Assembly (NCBI GenBank): GCA_951406725.2 | Contig: OX597827.1 | Span: forward strand, 66,588,001 to 66,652,000 | Length of the DNA stretch: 64,000 nt | Direction of reading: 5' to 3' | Source: Octopus vulgaris | Lineage: Eukaryota | Part shown: positions 13,231 through 27,460 of the stretch, in pieces | How positions within the stretch are numbered: the first letter of the stretch is position 1 | How the letters are laid out: each line of letters starts with the position of its first letter | The notes under the pieces: generated by a model | Database searches by the model: none | Told to the model about the DNA's origin: nothing | The model's input: the letters and a program-made list of their open reading frames with translations, nothing else | Made by a program: the position numbers and the translations under genes

Positions 13231-13233
<3 letters not shown>
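13005..13233 (+). mobile_element. SINE family C, full-length monomer
   Basis: GGCGGTGAGCTGGCAGAAACGTTAGC...GAGTTCAAATTCC (B-box-like)...CATCCTTTCG..GTCGATAAA...GCCCCTTGTGGG..TAAAGAAAT. Confidence 0.9.
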
Positions 13234-13272
<39 letters not shown>

Positions 13273-13617
13273 TACATAAGACAATAGAGATGATATACAG
13301 TTGAGAAGCTTTGGCCAGTAAACATTCATTCAGCTCTATCTATCAATTAAATATCAATTCATCAAATAAATCGATTTAATTAAATGTTTACTGGCTGATG
13401 TGGGTCGATTGTATATCCTCTTCATTTTCATATTTGCTTTATAAACACTGGGTAAATTTCTAATTTACTCCCACCCAATATTTACCCCCACCTCCTATTC
13501 AATTGCGATACTACCATGCAATAGTAAGCACTTGGTTATAAATACGTAGGTACACATCCAGTAGATTCTGCATATTTAATGTCCATTAGATGGTTTCTAA
13601 ACCTCTAATTCATACAG

Positions 13618-13653
<36 letters not shown>

Positions 13654-13724
13654 TCACACTTACACACACACACACACACACACACTTACACTCACACTTA
13701 CACACACACATATATATATATATA

Positions 13725-13830
13725 CCACAAGCTTGTTTCAGTTTCCATCCACCTAATCTACTCACAAGACCTTGGTCGGCCCGAGGCTATAGTAGCAAAC
13801 GCTTCCAAAGGTGATACGCAGGGAGAGTAA
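13725..13830 (-). mobile_element. SINE family B head fragment
   Basis: TTTCAGTTTCC..CTCACAAG.CCTTGGTCGGCCCGAGGCTATAGTAG matches B reverse complement. Confidence 0.75.
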
Positions 13831-13939
13831 ACATGGAACCAATATGTGTGTGTATATATATATATATTTGTGTGTGTGTGTGTGTGTGTATGTATACATA
13901 TACATATACATACATACATACATACATACATACATACAT

Positions 13940-13985
<46 letters not shown>

Positions 13986-13988
<3 letters not shown>

Positions 13989-14092
13989 CAACTGGTCTTC
14001 CATAAAACAACCTTGGCCAGACTTATGCCTCGAAGGGTGAATTTATAGGAGCAATCCCTAGGTCATACATGACCAAAATGGGTCGCGAGGAT
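13986..14092. mobile_element. Short interspersed repeat family E, copy 1
   Basis: About 105 bp homologous to 15301-15403 (CAACTGGTC..CATAAAACAA.CTTG.CCAGACTTATGCCTCG...GCGAGGATATAT). Confidence 0.7.
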
Positions 14093-14328
14093 ATATATAT
14101 ATTCGTAGATATATATGCGCATATATCTGTCCATATAGAGATAGACGTGCACACTAACCGGCACACATATGAAAGGGAAGAAGAAATATATAGGTACAAT
14201 GATATTGGTAATTATTCCTTAATGAGTAAGTGTACATATCTACATAAACCTGCTCAAATAATTATTTACTTACATGTACATAGAAGAGAGGAACGTTTAC
14301 ACACAACCACACACGCACACTGTGCACG

Positions 14329-14406
<78 letters not shown>

Positions 14407-14866
14407 CCATTTATTATGTACTTACGTATATCGTTACAGTTTTCATTTAATTTTCTCACCATATTCGGTTTTGTCTTTAAGTAAACTAGTTAAGGTAACA
14501 AATAAACAAAAAAAGCTAATTTCATCATTTTCATTTACTTGTGACAGTAATTCATACTTAATTCAATGACAAGAAGTTTTAATTCGATTGTTATTTACAA
14601 AGCAGCTGGGCAGAAATCATTTTACTTGGTAAAGATATTATATAAATCTAACGAAACTGTTTTACATACTCACGTTGTAGGTTACTGTTTTCGCCGCAAA
14701 TATTTTGAAATTGGCACATATTTACATAAACAGAAACACACGTAAACTGCGACAGCCTAGCGTGAATATATGTAAATATATTGAGGCAGGCATGTATGTA
14801 TGTTCGTTTGTATGTGTATATGAATGTATGGTTGTATGTATTCTGATATAGACGTATGTATATTTA

Positions 14867-14905
<39 letters not shown>

Positions 14906-14935
14906 TTCATATCTCATTTCTCTCTCTCTTTGTAC

Positions 14936-15016
<81 letters not shown>

Positions 15017-15021
15017 CATAC

Positions 15022-15060
<39 letters not shown>

Positions 15061-15252
15061 TTCGCGTAGCAAATTATTTTATTTGCTAATTAGAGTTCGA
15101 AACCAAGATATGACTGAAGGAGCAAGGTAAAAGTTTTTATTTTTCATTCCATTCGAAATTGACCTAAACAGTGGTTTTGTTCGTTTTGATTGCTCCTTCT
15201 AGAATGTAAGGCTGCCTGTTTAGGGTCGCCTCTTTTGTGTTTAAATGTACGC

Positions 15253-15300
<48 letters not shown>

Positions 15301-15302
<2 letters not shown>

Positions 15303-15403
15303 CAACTGGTCCATAAAACAATCTTGCCCAGACTTATGCCTCGGAAGGTAACTTTATAGGAGCAATCGTTAGGTTGCTCATGATCAATGGGGGCGCGAGG
15401 ATA
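15301..15403. mobile_element. Short interspersed repeat family E, copy 2
   Basis: Homologous to 13986-14092; both directly follow (TA)n. Confidence 0.7.
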
Positions 15404-15404
15404 T

Positions 15405-15512
15405 ATCGCTTGACAACCGATGCTGGTGTGTTTACGTCCCCATAACTTAGCGGTTTCGCAAAAGAGACAGATTGAACAAGTACTAGGCATACAAAGAATA
15501 AGTCCTGGGTTC
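15405..15512 (+). mobile_element. SINE family B 3'-half fragment
   Basis: ATCGCTTGACAACCGATGCTGGTGTGTTTACGTCCCC...ACAAAGAATAAGTCCTGGG. Confidence 0.85.
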
Positions 15513-15589
15513 GTATAACACATCAATACATACATAAAGATACGCGCGTGCGCATATATATAAATATATATATGTATATATCGGCAACA

Positions 15590-15800
15590 AGTTAGAGGAT
15601 ACAAAAAAGAACAGAATAAACAAGCAGGAATCATTCGGAGATTTCTCTCTTCAGTCGAGTTCTAGATCATCGTTGCCGTTTCGGCCGGTTACCCTCGAAT
15701 TTGCTCCAGTCTGGCCGGCCCCAAGAAAATCTATGGTAAGAGCACGGGAGTTGTTGGAAGATAGCAAACGAATGTATACGAAAACAAGGACGAAAAGATT
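15590..15800. mobile_element. Interspersed repeat family F (possibly Penelope-like terminal region)
   Basis: Homologous to 61020-61225 (ATCATTCG.AGA...CAGTC...TTTCGG...TGGCC...TAAGAGCA...TGTATAC.AAAACAAGGACG). Confidence 0.55.
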
Positions 15801-15854
15801 GCATCCCTCCATCCGTATTATTCACCCCCCGAATCCTAAGAGATTCGTGAGGGT

Positions 15855-15912
15855 AATGTCCTGAGGTGTCCCCTCCTCATAGTTCTACTAGAGGCGAAAG
15901 ATGATAGACATT
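15855..15912 (+). ncRNA. Degenerate type-I hammerhead ribozyme-like motif
   Basis: Stem I AATGTC/GACATT (6 bp), core CTGAGGT (A9 replaced), stem II CCTC(A)TAG/CTAGAGG, GAAA, ATA as the NUH triplet. Confidence 0.4.
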
Positions 15913-17280
15913 TAAGCTGGATTATCAAGTGTGAACAACTATGGATTTTATCCATTCAACCTGCACATTGCCCAGCATTAGGTCTCTTGTCACTTGACTC
16001 GGCTTGAATAATAAATCTTGCGATTATTTCCTCCGATATTCTAATCACATGTCTATATTAACAGAACTATGGCTTCCAAATACGGAGATGTAGTGGTTCG
16101 ACCTGGAGAACTCTCTGATCTCTGAATTGAATTACCTAACTATATTTTCTTTCTTTCATTCTTTAATTATTAAACAGTCCTACATGGGCAATAATGTATT
16201 CACGAGTATGTATTATCATTGTTTAGCATTTCTTGGGAAAAAGGACGGACAAAGAAATAGAATAATTTCTCGTCATGGAAAAAGAATCTCTCCGATACGT
16301 GAAAACCTAATCTACATGTCGCATAAAAACTTATATCAATTTACAATTGGGATATGCAGTTGCAGAAAAGAAAATAACCGTAAAAATTTTATAAATATAT
16401 CTAATTCTTGAACTACGAAAGCATTACTACTGACATATCATTGCATCTTATATATGTTCTAAATTATACCCAACAATACTTGAAAATAAAATGTACATGA
16501 AAATGCCATGACTGAGAAAAGAGAAGTATCTGATATACATCATTTTTTGATAAATTATTTAGAAAATACCATGCGTATGTTCAGCATTATCATTTGGATA
16601 TATATTATATAAATATACATCTTTAGTAACATCTTGTCAGCTGCGTGTCTAATAACATCACAATGTCTTATTGGAAGACGTACAATGGAAAATCTAATTG
16701 GCTTTGTTATCTAATGAGTTTTGTAAAAGTTAGTACAGTGGTTGACGAAATAATATATAATACAATAATTAACAATCTTTATATTCATATTGTGTAACGA
16801 TAAAACCAGAAACTATACATCTTTTTATGTCAGTTTTGATGGAAATCATACTGCTGTTCACGAACACTAAATTTTACAGAGTGTATCTACATGTATCATC
16901 CAGGGGATATCGACCGTCATCCTAACATAGCAACCCCATCTGCATCAGAATAATGTCATGTCATTTTTTGCCCATTTGGCGATGACACTGAATCCCCGAT
17001 TTTAGCTCAGTTTATTTTCTGACTTTCGCAATTTGCTATTATATATTTTGTACATTCACTTATCACTAGTGTTGTACTTAAGAGTCCAACGGAACTAATT
17101 TTACTCTACGATAGGAATATATGTGTCATAAAAAAATCAGTAAATAATTATTATGTAATTTAAAGTATATAAAGGATATAAAGTTTAATGCAGAATTATG
17201 TCAAAAATACCGAATACAGTGACTTTAATTACCTGGGTTGTTATTCTTCGCGAAGAACCCAAAATTTTCTACAGCACATG

Positions 17281-17470
17281 TATTATATAAAATTCGTTCT
17301 GTCTGTGTGTGTGTGTGTGTTCTAGGATCTCGGGCATTCTCCATCCGATTGCACTCAAATTTGATATGTAGATACCGACGGTATTAGGGCGTATATAAGT
17401 CTTGAAAAATATTTAAAAAATCGTTTCAAGGTGAGAATGCGATGGATAAAGTGAATAAAATCGTTTTTCT
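17281..17470 (+). mobile_element. Non-autonomous Helitron-like repeat, 5' portion
   Basis: Same family as 1530-1695, opposite strand. Confidence 0.5.
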
Positions 17471-20314
17471 CTGGAATAGAAAAAAAGTCTATCTTTATTT
17501 CTTCTTTTACTGGTGTCCCAACTTTAGGTTAAATCAGTATTTCTGAAAGGGGAGGCCTATGAGACGGTCGGACAAGTTGTTTTGAGAAAATTTGGTTTAA
17601 ATGTTTGACAACTCAGCACCGTCCATTGGAGGTGGGGTGCGTTTGCTCGTAATTATTATTTGCTGAAATTACAGATCTCAGTAAATACAGTTGTTTCTTT
17701 AGATGTATGAGCATATTAAAACGTGCGAAAAAAGAGATTACTTGCTGATGAGATTACAGGATACAATTTAGAGGGATAGAGAGAGTGAGAGATAGGTGGA
17801 GAGAGTACAAATCCACACTGATCTCTAACAGGCTTCTTTGTCGTCTTTATATCCTTTTCTCACAATTTTACCATTGTGTTTATAGCTCTCGTGTTTATCT
17901 TGTAATTTCGTTTCTATACCCGTCGAACAGTTTTGTATAATGCATGTTTCGTAATCTTTTATTACCCTATTCAAGCTACGTTTTTACTCTCTCAACTATT
18001 TCTATAGAACCATTATGATTTGTTTGAGTACGTAGTTCCATCAATATTTATGTGATTTTGGTGCGTCACACAAGTATTCCACAATATCACAATATTAAGA
18101 TTTGGAATTTTGGTTCGAGAGGATTTCGTTCCTTTTTAAGTATTTATTTTCTTGTCATTATACTTATCGGAACTTTACAATTCAGTAAACATCAAATGCA
18201 TTAAGATAAATTTCAAATTACGATAATGGTGTTATTTCTTATGAATTTCCATGCTTAAAATATTAATGTATTAATATATTCCAAGCTGTCGCAAGGATCT
18301 TGGATCACAAGTCAAATTCTTGGAGAGTGGAATCGGCAATGCAGTTTTACTTCCAAATTATAACATTATTTTGTATAAGCATAAATAGTTATAACATCAC
18401 ACATCGCTGCCTCTTGCTAACCAATCAAAAGATATTGAATGATATTGCAGTGAGTGAGCAATGCTGTTCTCCAACTGTAGCTCAGAAATGGTCTCTCAGA
18501 AGTCTGATAAAAATGCGTAAAATTCGTAATTAGTTCGTTGCATTAGAAGCAGAAGTCTCTTTACGGATACAATTTTGGGGGAAATTTCTATGTGCTGTTT
18601 GATATTTACTTGAGGCCTCTTTTGTGGCCAAGCAAATATTAAACTATTGAATCGGGGAAACATGGATGGAATTGATGGAATTTGTGTTATTTTGAATGAA
18701 AAGCACATCGGCGTCCTTTCATTTAACAGGATTTCTCTTTTAAGATTTACTTCCAAATGCAGGTGAAAGAGAACTATACAATTTATTGATTAGACATACA
18801 GAAAAGATTTAGAAACAGTGCACTCGCTTCAAATAATTTGGCCTGCAAGAACCGATAAAATGGCGTATGGCAGTCTCAGTAAACATTGAACGAAATATTT
18901 CCATTACTATATATATTCCGTTACGAGATATTAAAACAATGAACAAGTAAGAATCGACGACATTATGCATGTCATCAATTGTAATTAGTACAGGATATTA
19001 AAATTCAATTGTAGAAGACTTGACTTTCTGAAAAGTATTCCATTTTATATGGTAGAAACTAGCTTTGAGAAAATTAATAATTGTATGTCTAAATCCCATG
19101 GCGTACATATTTTTTTAAAATTACATTAAAATTGAATCGCCCTCTGCGTTGAAATTTATTTCCGAAACTACTTGCTGATTTAGTTTAAGAAATATGCATT
19201 TTTATTAAGAATATGGTAGAGAAAAAAAATTATATCCTATTAAAGTAATAACTCGTCGAATGACTTCTTCATGTCGATATCAGTAAATGATTTTCAATTT
19301 TTCAAGCCTCGAGCATCAAGCACTCCCTTTGATCGGTTTTGGTCGATACACATACACACAGACAAATTATACTCACTGACTAAATATACACACACGGCCC
19401 ATGCACACAATTTGACTTGTGTTCCAAGATCCTTGCGACAGCTTGGAATATATAAATACATTAATACACACACACACACACGCACATGAAAAGTAGACGA
19501 AAATAAAGAAAGTTCTCTAGCACATCATAAATTATAAGTTACAATTGTTTCCGTACCATCTCTATTTGCACTGCCAGTTCACGCAAAAGTTCTCAATGGA
19601 AATTGAGACCTTGAAGGGCGCACAATGTGACAGCACAGCTTAGTTGCATGTCTGATGAAGTATCTCCCAAGTGTCTAAAACTGCAAAAGTTTTATCAATG
19701 TGGAGTAGCCGAACCCAGCAGGCTTCGCTGCTGACCGACTGTTCGAAGGATTATTTACCTAAATTCAGTGGAATACATCCATTGATAAGAAACTAGTCTA
19801 TGGATGCCAGACCAGCAAGACGAAACTGCTCACCTCCCCTTTTCGAAGGTTATAATGGGGACAGGTTTGTGTGCCATATAGCAAGCTAGAAGCAATGTCG
19901 TCTTGGAGCTAATCAACGGCAACATTCGTCTTAATTTTCTGGACTGCCATGTTAGCTTGGCGATAACTATTAATATCCAGTATCGCTGCCGTAGTCGCCT
20001 TTAGAGAGAATTAGAGTTAATGATATTTCTATAAACATGAAATCAGCAATTAAAAATATACCTGAAGTTTGAAAAGTGTTACAAAGTTATCACTATGAAT
20101 ATAGCATATGTAAAGAAGAAGACGATGTTACTGTTTTATTCGATTAAAATAAATATTTCTACGTCTCGGAAATGGAATGAAATTTTGACAAAATGATATT
20201 CACTTCAAATTTAAAATTAGCCATATGGCTGTTTACGCTTTCAGTTTGTAAAATATTGACGTATGATGCACACACACACACACACACACGTACACACATA
20301 CACAAACGCACACA

Positions 20315-20347
<33 letters not shown>

Positions 20348-20518
20348 CCACACGCACACAATGTGTCTTTGTTGGTATGTATGTTTAAATATAAGCAAAG
20401 CGAAGCGTGCACACGTGTATAAACAAAATATACCAATATAAACAAGTAGGTTAATTAAAATCATTGTCTATAATACGCCGAATATTGTATATGGCAGTCT
20501 CCTCTTCTTTTATCTATG

Positions 20519-20572
<54 letters not shown>

Positions 20573-21109
20573 GTACGTGTGGGGGGGGGGCGTGCGTGTA
20601 TGTGTGTGTATGCCTTTGTGGATAGGAACGCCTAGTTGTAAACGATGTCGATGTGCGTGCATGTGTGCGTGTATCTCACCGTCTTTGTTTACCTAAGCAT
20701 ATGAATAATGTTATAATGTGCTAATGATGCGTCTATTGAAAGAAAGCAGATAACGTTCATTTTGAGAATTAGTTAATTAGAATTCATTCATTAAATCCCG
20801 TTGAAGTTCATAAAAATATTGATTGAATATCAGTTAATTAATCGATAGAATCTTAAACTTCATTCTGATCTATATACAAATATAAGCCATGAGTGAGAAA
20901 GTAAACACATTTTCTTACTATCCTTGTCTTATTACACACTGATATTAAAATAAGTACTCGTTTATTTTGTTTCAGAATGAGGGTTTCTAACTAATATAGG
21001 TTTGAGGTGTAATTAATAAAGATATTCAGCGATCGACAAACCATTGAAATTCTTTTCAAATGGTTTCGCATTTGAAACAAGACAAGAAACTTTAAGTGAA
21101 GTTGATAAG

Positions 21110-21275
21110 TCGATTACAGCCACCTCAGTTTCTAACAGCTACCTACTCTATCGATTCCAAAATGACAAAAGGCTAAATGGGTCCCGCCGGCATTTGAATT
21201 TCAAAACGTAAAGACGGGCGAAATACCTATAAACATTTCATCTGCCGTATTAAAATTTCTGCCAGATCGCTGCAT
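21110..21275 (-). mobile_element. SINE family C, old degenerate copy
   Basis: AAGTCGATTACA...TATCGA...AAAGGC...CGGCATTTGAA...CGAAATACC...CTGCCAG.TCGC resembles C reverse complement. Confidence 0.6.
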
Positions 21276-21589
21276 AAAATAAGTGTATTGTTGATATATT
21301 TGTGAAGAATTGTAGTTATACGGTTGTACAATTTGTGATTGATTAAAATTATATTATATTCCACTAAAAACTCCAATGTTTTTTGAAGCAGGGTGGCTGA
21401 TGTGACCGAATAAATCTAGAGCTATGCTAGATGAATGCAAATGCTATCTAAAGCCTCCTTTGCTAGGAAAGTCAAAGGGTAATTGAAGACGATTATAGAA
21501 CTCCTTTTATTACGTATCACTTCTGTTTAGAAGTGAAAATGCCTTTGTATATGGAAAATGATTCTCACCACTTAGTAACAGTGCCAAGC

Positions 21590-21716
21590 TACGAAAGCAT
21601 AGATGAAACCCACGTAACATGGAGGATATAGCAATAACAGCTCTGAATGAGACTAGAACACTGGAGAAAAGTTGTAAATGTCCTATGACCCATAGTGAAT
21701 GAAGGACCTAAGTAAG
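21590..21716 (+). mobile_element. RTE-like LINE extreme 3' end relic
   Basis: ...ACATGGAGGATATAGCA...TGGAGAAAAGTTGTAAATGTCCTATG...TGAAGGACCTAAGTAAG: WRKVVxxL-type C-terminus and TAAG tail. Confidence 0.45.
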
Positions 21717-22203
21717 AATGTTTCTTTTAAATAAAGTGTTTTCTTCTATTTTTTCGTGTTTAAATATGTTTTCATCTATAACTGTAAAACTATCGAAGTT
21801 ATCGAATTAATTTTGGGATTTAGTTTACGAAATTTATATTATTATAGAATCGCATAAACGTCATTTTGCTATTGATGTCATGAGTTCAAACGAAGAGATC
21901 ATCCTTTAATTAGATTTTATTCATAGGTTAAAATGAAAAATTCTTTGCAAATACTGTAGACACTTTGCTGTATAATTGAAAGGAAAATCTATATCACGAT
22001 GGGAAATGTAAAAGAAGAATGTACATTAAAGTACAGCATATTTAGGTTAAAAAATGTTAGAAAGATAAAGAAATGATAGATAAATCGAAAGTGAAAATCA
22101 GAGGTAAATATTCAAGCAAATATCTTGGAATCAAAAGGAATAATAAGTTGCAATTTAGACTACAAATAGTTACTGTTTTAGGACTTAATATGTTACTATT
22201 CAA

Positions 22204-22425
22204 TGTGGTGGCGCGTGGCTTAGTAGTTAGGGTGTTTCACCTATGGTCGTAATACTTAGGTTTTGATTTCTGGACCGGACGATGCGTTATGTATTTGAGT
22301 AAAATACTTTATTTCACGTTGTTCAGGTCTATTCAACTAGCAAAAATGAGGTATCATCTGACGGACCAGTATCCAGTCAAGGTGCGAAATATATACGCCA
22401 TGGAAACAGGAAGACCGGCCCTATG
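22204..22425 (+). mobile_element. SINE family A, old copy
   Basis: GTGGTGGCGCGTGGCTTAGTAGTTAGG head; body aligns with reverse complement of 10333-10576. Confidence 0.75.
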
Positions 22426-22437
22426 GGAATATATGAA

Positions 22438-22660
22438 AGGCGACGCGCTGACACAATCGTTAGCATGCCGACCAAAATGGTTCAAGCCATTTCATCAGTC
22501 TTTACGTTATGAGTTCAAATTCTACCGAGATCGACTTTGCCTTTCATCCTTTCGGGAGTCGATAAAAAAAAACAGAAACCTACCAGTGAAGCACTGGAAT
22601 CGATGGTAATCGACTTACCCCTCCCACAATATTGCTGACCTTGTGCCAATATTTGAAATT
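22438..22660 (+). mobile_element. SINE family C, old variant with alternative tail
   Basis: GAGTTCAAATTC.ACCGAG.TCGACTTTGCCTTTCATCCTTTCGGG; tail CTTGTGCCAA.ATTTGAAA. Confidence 0.8.
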
Positions 22661-23899
22661 AATATTTTACAACTCATCATAGTTTTTGTTTCGTATTTCG
22701 AAAGGTGTAGTCTCACATCCTTAAGTTTTGAGTCCCAATATGCGTCGGTAGCGATATACTGACTGAATTAGCTTATGCGATATTTGAGACAAAAAAAAAT
22801 CAAATAAGTATTCTAAACGATTTTAAAATCAAAAAATCAAAGGTGTGTTTTCATTAAAATTACGATATTAATGTGTGGAAAGTGACTCCAGGCCTTAAAG
22901 CGACATTCGCTATTTAAAAACATCTGCATGACTGCTAAATGTTGCTGAATTTAATACTGAGCTTGCGCCGTTCATCTTCAAGCCACGTTCAATACAAGTA
23001 TGTCAATAAGTGTCAAGAACCTAAAACAGTAATCCGTTGGTTCAATAAGTATAGTAGCCGGTGGCACAGTTCTCCAGTTACCAGAATTTACTATATAATT
23101 CCGAGAAAACAAATCAACCTCTAAAACAATTATATTTGACTTTTTGCCAAATTTGCTTTTTTTAGTTCTTTTGCATTTTATACTTATATATACACATTTG
23201 TACAGAATTTGTTTCTATTTATATACGTTAACACACTTTTAGTTCAGATCCTGAAGGCATCAATTAAAGAGGCTTGACTATACAGTGCAAGATATTTTTC
23301 GAAGCACACTACAGACTTTGCTAGTCTGCAAATATTTTTTGACCGTTTGTTTAATGTTATGGATGTTTATATTACAGGTGTGCTCATTAAAAGAACAACT
23401 TCATTACATCAACTATCAGGAAAGGGAACCATGTATAAGGTAAGAGTGTTACGATTACACGTAATAGTTGTATTTTACTTAAATAAATGCAAAACAAAAT
23501 ATGGTGTATTCTCAGGCATTCCCAACTTCAGTATGAATCGTAAACGATGCTCTATATCACGAGTACTATATTGTGGAAAATCAATCACCACTATATAAAT
23601 AATTTGAATTGTAGCTTCATTACATTTCAGTATATAGGGTCTAAAGTATCTGCCAGTAGATATGGGAGTGCCATAGGTGTACATTTTGATAACTACATGC
23701 AGATACTTAATTTAGTAAAAGCTTGTTTAGATAATCATACACATTATTACCGACTTATTGTTTTTATTTGTCTATGAAGAATTCGACCATGTGAAAATCC
23801 TCCTCCAACAACCATTTCCTTAAAGATTATAATGATCACATTAGATGATCACCGATAATTACTGGTACCGTCATTTAAAAAAAGTATATCATAATATAT

Positions 23900-24016
23900 G
23901 TTTCTTTACTGCCCACAAGGGGCTAAACATAGAGGGAACAAACAAGGACAGACAAAGGGTTTAAGTCGATTACTGGTACTTTATGTATCGACCCCGAAAT
24001 GATGAAAGGCAAAGTC
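23900..24016 (-). mobile_element. SINE family C 3' fragment
   Basis: TTTCTTTACTGCCCACAAGGGGCTAAACATAGAGGG...GATGAAAGGCAAAGTC. Confidence 0.85.
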
Positions 24017-25287
24017 ATAATATATAGAAACCATTTGAGAATCTAAACAGCATCAAGGATTGGACAAATGACATTCTGAAGTAAAATTCCAGTCAACCAT
24101 TTTGATAAGCATATACGTGTATTCGATATCCGTTTAGAGTAGAACGAAATTCAGGAAGCAAGCCTACGGCGAAATATCAATATTTGGTTGAGACATATAT
24201 TTACGAAGCTGTAATTGGCTACCTATGTAATATTACCACTTTTCCAATATTCAATTGTTTTGTTTACGTAAAGCAATCCAGTACAATGGTTTTCCTATGT
24301 AAATAGATATTTGCAAATCCTAATTTGAAATATTCCTATCTGGGTATTAATAAGGTCGCATTGAATCAGTTCAGTGGATATTTATCATGACATTTATAGT
24401 ATTCATTATTAACGTAAAAATAATATTGATTCTACGTCAATGAAAAACAAATTCAATCTTTCATAACAAAATAATGGAACGCCATAACATTTTAATAAAT
24501 GTAAAACGAAAAACAAAAAAAACTTACTGCAACATTTTTTGATTTAAAATATATATTTTGTCACAAATATTGTGCATATTGTCTGTTATTCATTCTAACA
24601 TTATTATATCGTAGAGCCTATTACTTTTATACCAGAATATTGAGAAAGAATTTCTTATGGGAGATGTCATCTGACTTCCTAAGTAGAATTGAAACGTTTA
24701 TGCACCACATGGTTATTTTTTTCCTAAACAGAGATCAAAGGATTTTCTTTGCCTTGGTATATTGAAGATGTCACATTTTGAAACAGTTAGTGATTTCCCA
24801 TGACTAGCTTCGAAGATTAACACGAATATATAGGAACTTGTAATATGATTTTGAAAAATACGTGGATTTCTCAAGAGTCTCGTGGACGTAGTAAAATTGA
24901 AGTGAATTGGCATCAAATGAGGACCGAAATCATATGCCTGGCATAGAAATGTGGAAAATATTCTTATATATTTTTTTCTGTGCAGCGTCTCACATTATCT
25001 TTTCAGATGCTATTGAAAGATAAATTTCACACTTCAAAAGTGTATGACACACTTAAATTAATACATATTTCACATGTATTCTCTAATAATATTTTAAGGT
25101 GATAAAATACAGATGCAACAAGTTGAGAAAAAGCATGCAGATAAAGATACAGATGAAAACGAGAAATGTAACGTTGGGAATATAAAGTTTAACGTAAGAA
25201 TTATTTTTTATTATCGAATTTCACACGTTTCGAAACGCACAAAGAAACAATTCTAAAAATCCTTGTTTCCTTCCTTGTTAAAACATA

Positions 25288-25700
25288 CTCTTTCACTCCT
25301 TTACTTGCTTCAGTCATTTGATTGTTGCCATGCTGGAGCACCACCTTTAGTCAAGGAAATCTACCCCAGGACTTATACTTTGTAAGCCTAGTACATATTA
25401 TATCGGTCTCTTTTGCCGAACTGCTAAGTTACAGGGACGTAAACACACCAGCATCGCCTGTCAAGCGATGTTGGGGGTTCAAACACAGACACACAAACAT
25501 AGACACACACGTACACACACATATACATACATATATACGACGGGCTTCTTTCACTTTCCGTCTGCCAAATCCACTCACAAGGCTTTGATCGGCCCGAGCC
25601 TTTAGTAGAAGACGTACCCCCAAGGTGCCACGGAGTGGGACTGAACCCGGAAACATGTACTTCGTAAGCAAGCTACTTACCACACAGACACTCCTACGCC
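25288..25700 (-). mobile_element. SINE family B, full length
   Basis: Reverse complement of B consensus with internal (CA)/(TA) tract. Confidence 0.92.
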
Positions 25701-26786
25701 TATATAATACATGCAATATACACAAATACACACAAACGCACACATACACCTATGTATAAATGACGTAGGCGTGTTAAAGAACAAGACATTGGACAGTCTA
25801 TCGCATTATACATTGTTACGATCTCCTTGCCGATTTCCAAGTGTATTTATCAACTAATCTCTCGAGCGCTCTCTATCTCCCTTTTCTTCAGGATTTATTG
25901 ATGCTTTTGATAAAAGAAACACTAAAGGAGATTAACAAATACTAACTAATGCAGTATGGCTATGCAATAATAGGATTTCATGGGAAAAACACATCATCGC
26001 CAGAAGCTCAGTTAATCGTCATTCTTGCTCTTGTGAAATGTGACGAATTTGTTTCATTTGATTACACATATTGAAACACGGATAATTCACGTTTGAAAGC
26101 AAGAGAGTGTCTGTAGGTTTCTTCTGTATTACTCTAAGTTGTATGAAACCAACCCTTTTAGAAAATCAATGCGGCTGTCGGAGGTCTGATATTTTTAATA
26201 AATACGTACCGAATTCAACTTCAATACCAACCTTGAATACTTTGTAGATGGATCATCGTAACGGACATACTGGTAGGAGTAGGGCTGTGATTGTAATTCC
26301 TCGGCCCTATGTTCAGAGCGTGTTTATAGTTTAAGTTCGACAGTTAAAGATTGAAATTCTCACACCTCTCGCAGATATATATATGACCATATTGATCAAA
26401 TTCGGTGATGTTTTGAAGCAAGATATATTGAGTGCTATGTTACAGAGTTTTCTGTATAAACTGTACAGAATAAACTGTAATTGTGTACGTTTTACTATCA
26501 AAGGAATATATCATCCGATTGCTTTGTAACAGGTCACCATATTGAATGTTGATAAATGCAGGTAACTTAGATTGTCAGTGGCGGATATATGCATGTAAAT
26601 CTCACGTGTTTTAACTCTGACTTAACTTAATTACATACACACACTCGCAGACGCACAAGTGAACACGCATAAACATACATATGTTATATTAGCAAAGAAA
26701 TTAAGTAGTTGTTTGATCTTTCTTCGTCCTATAATATTTTATCTTTTATCTATTTCCCTTCTCATTGTCTTCTCTATTGTTTTACA

Positions 26787-26857
<71 letters not shown>

Positions 26858-26906
26858 GTATCTGCCTGTCTGTCAATATATCTATATACCTATCTATCTA
26901 TCTATC

Positions 26907-26989
<83 letters not shown>

Positions 26990-27120
26990 GCCTGTCTGTC
27001 AATATATCTATATATCTTTATTTCATATATATATATATACATACATATATTCACACATATATTCATATATATGCATACATATATATACATATCCATACAT
27101 ATATCCATACACATATAGAT

Positions 27121-27170
<50 letters not shown>
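26787..27170. repeat. (TATC)n/(TA)/(CA) compound microsatellite with duplicated interruption TCTGCCTGTCTGTCAATATATCTATAT
   Basis: Directly visible; interruption at about 26861 and 26987. Confidence 0.95.
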
Positions 27171-27171
<1 letters not shown>

Positions 27172-27411
27172 ATTATCCGTAATAATGAAGGGTGAAATTA
27201 ATTAATTTGGAATAATTATCAATTACACCAAGTTGACTACCTGGTAATTATCATTAAATTGATTTAATATCTTTATTTCAATATATATATATACATACAT
27301 GATAGATTGCCGTCACATTCATATTCACCTGTTATGTCTGCCTTCCAATTACTGTTTTATATAGATATCCAGTACATAGCTATCCATACACATATAGATA
27401 CACATGTGGTA

Positions 27412-27460
<49 letters not shown>

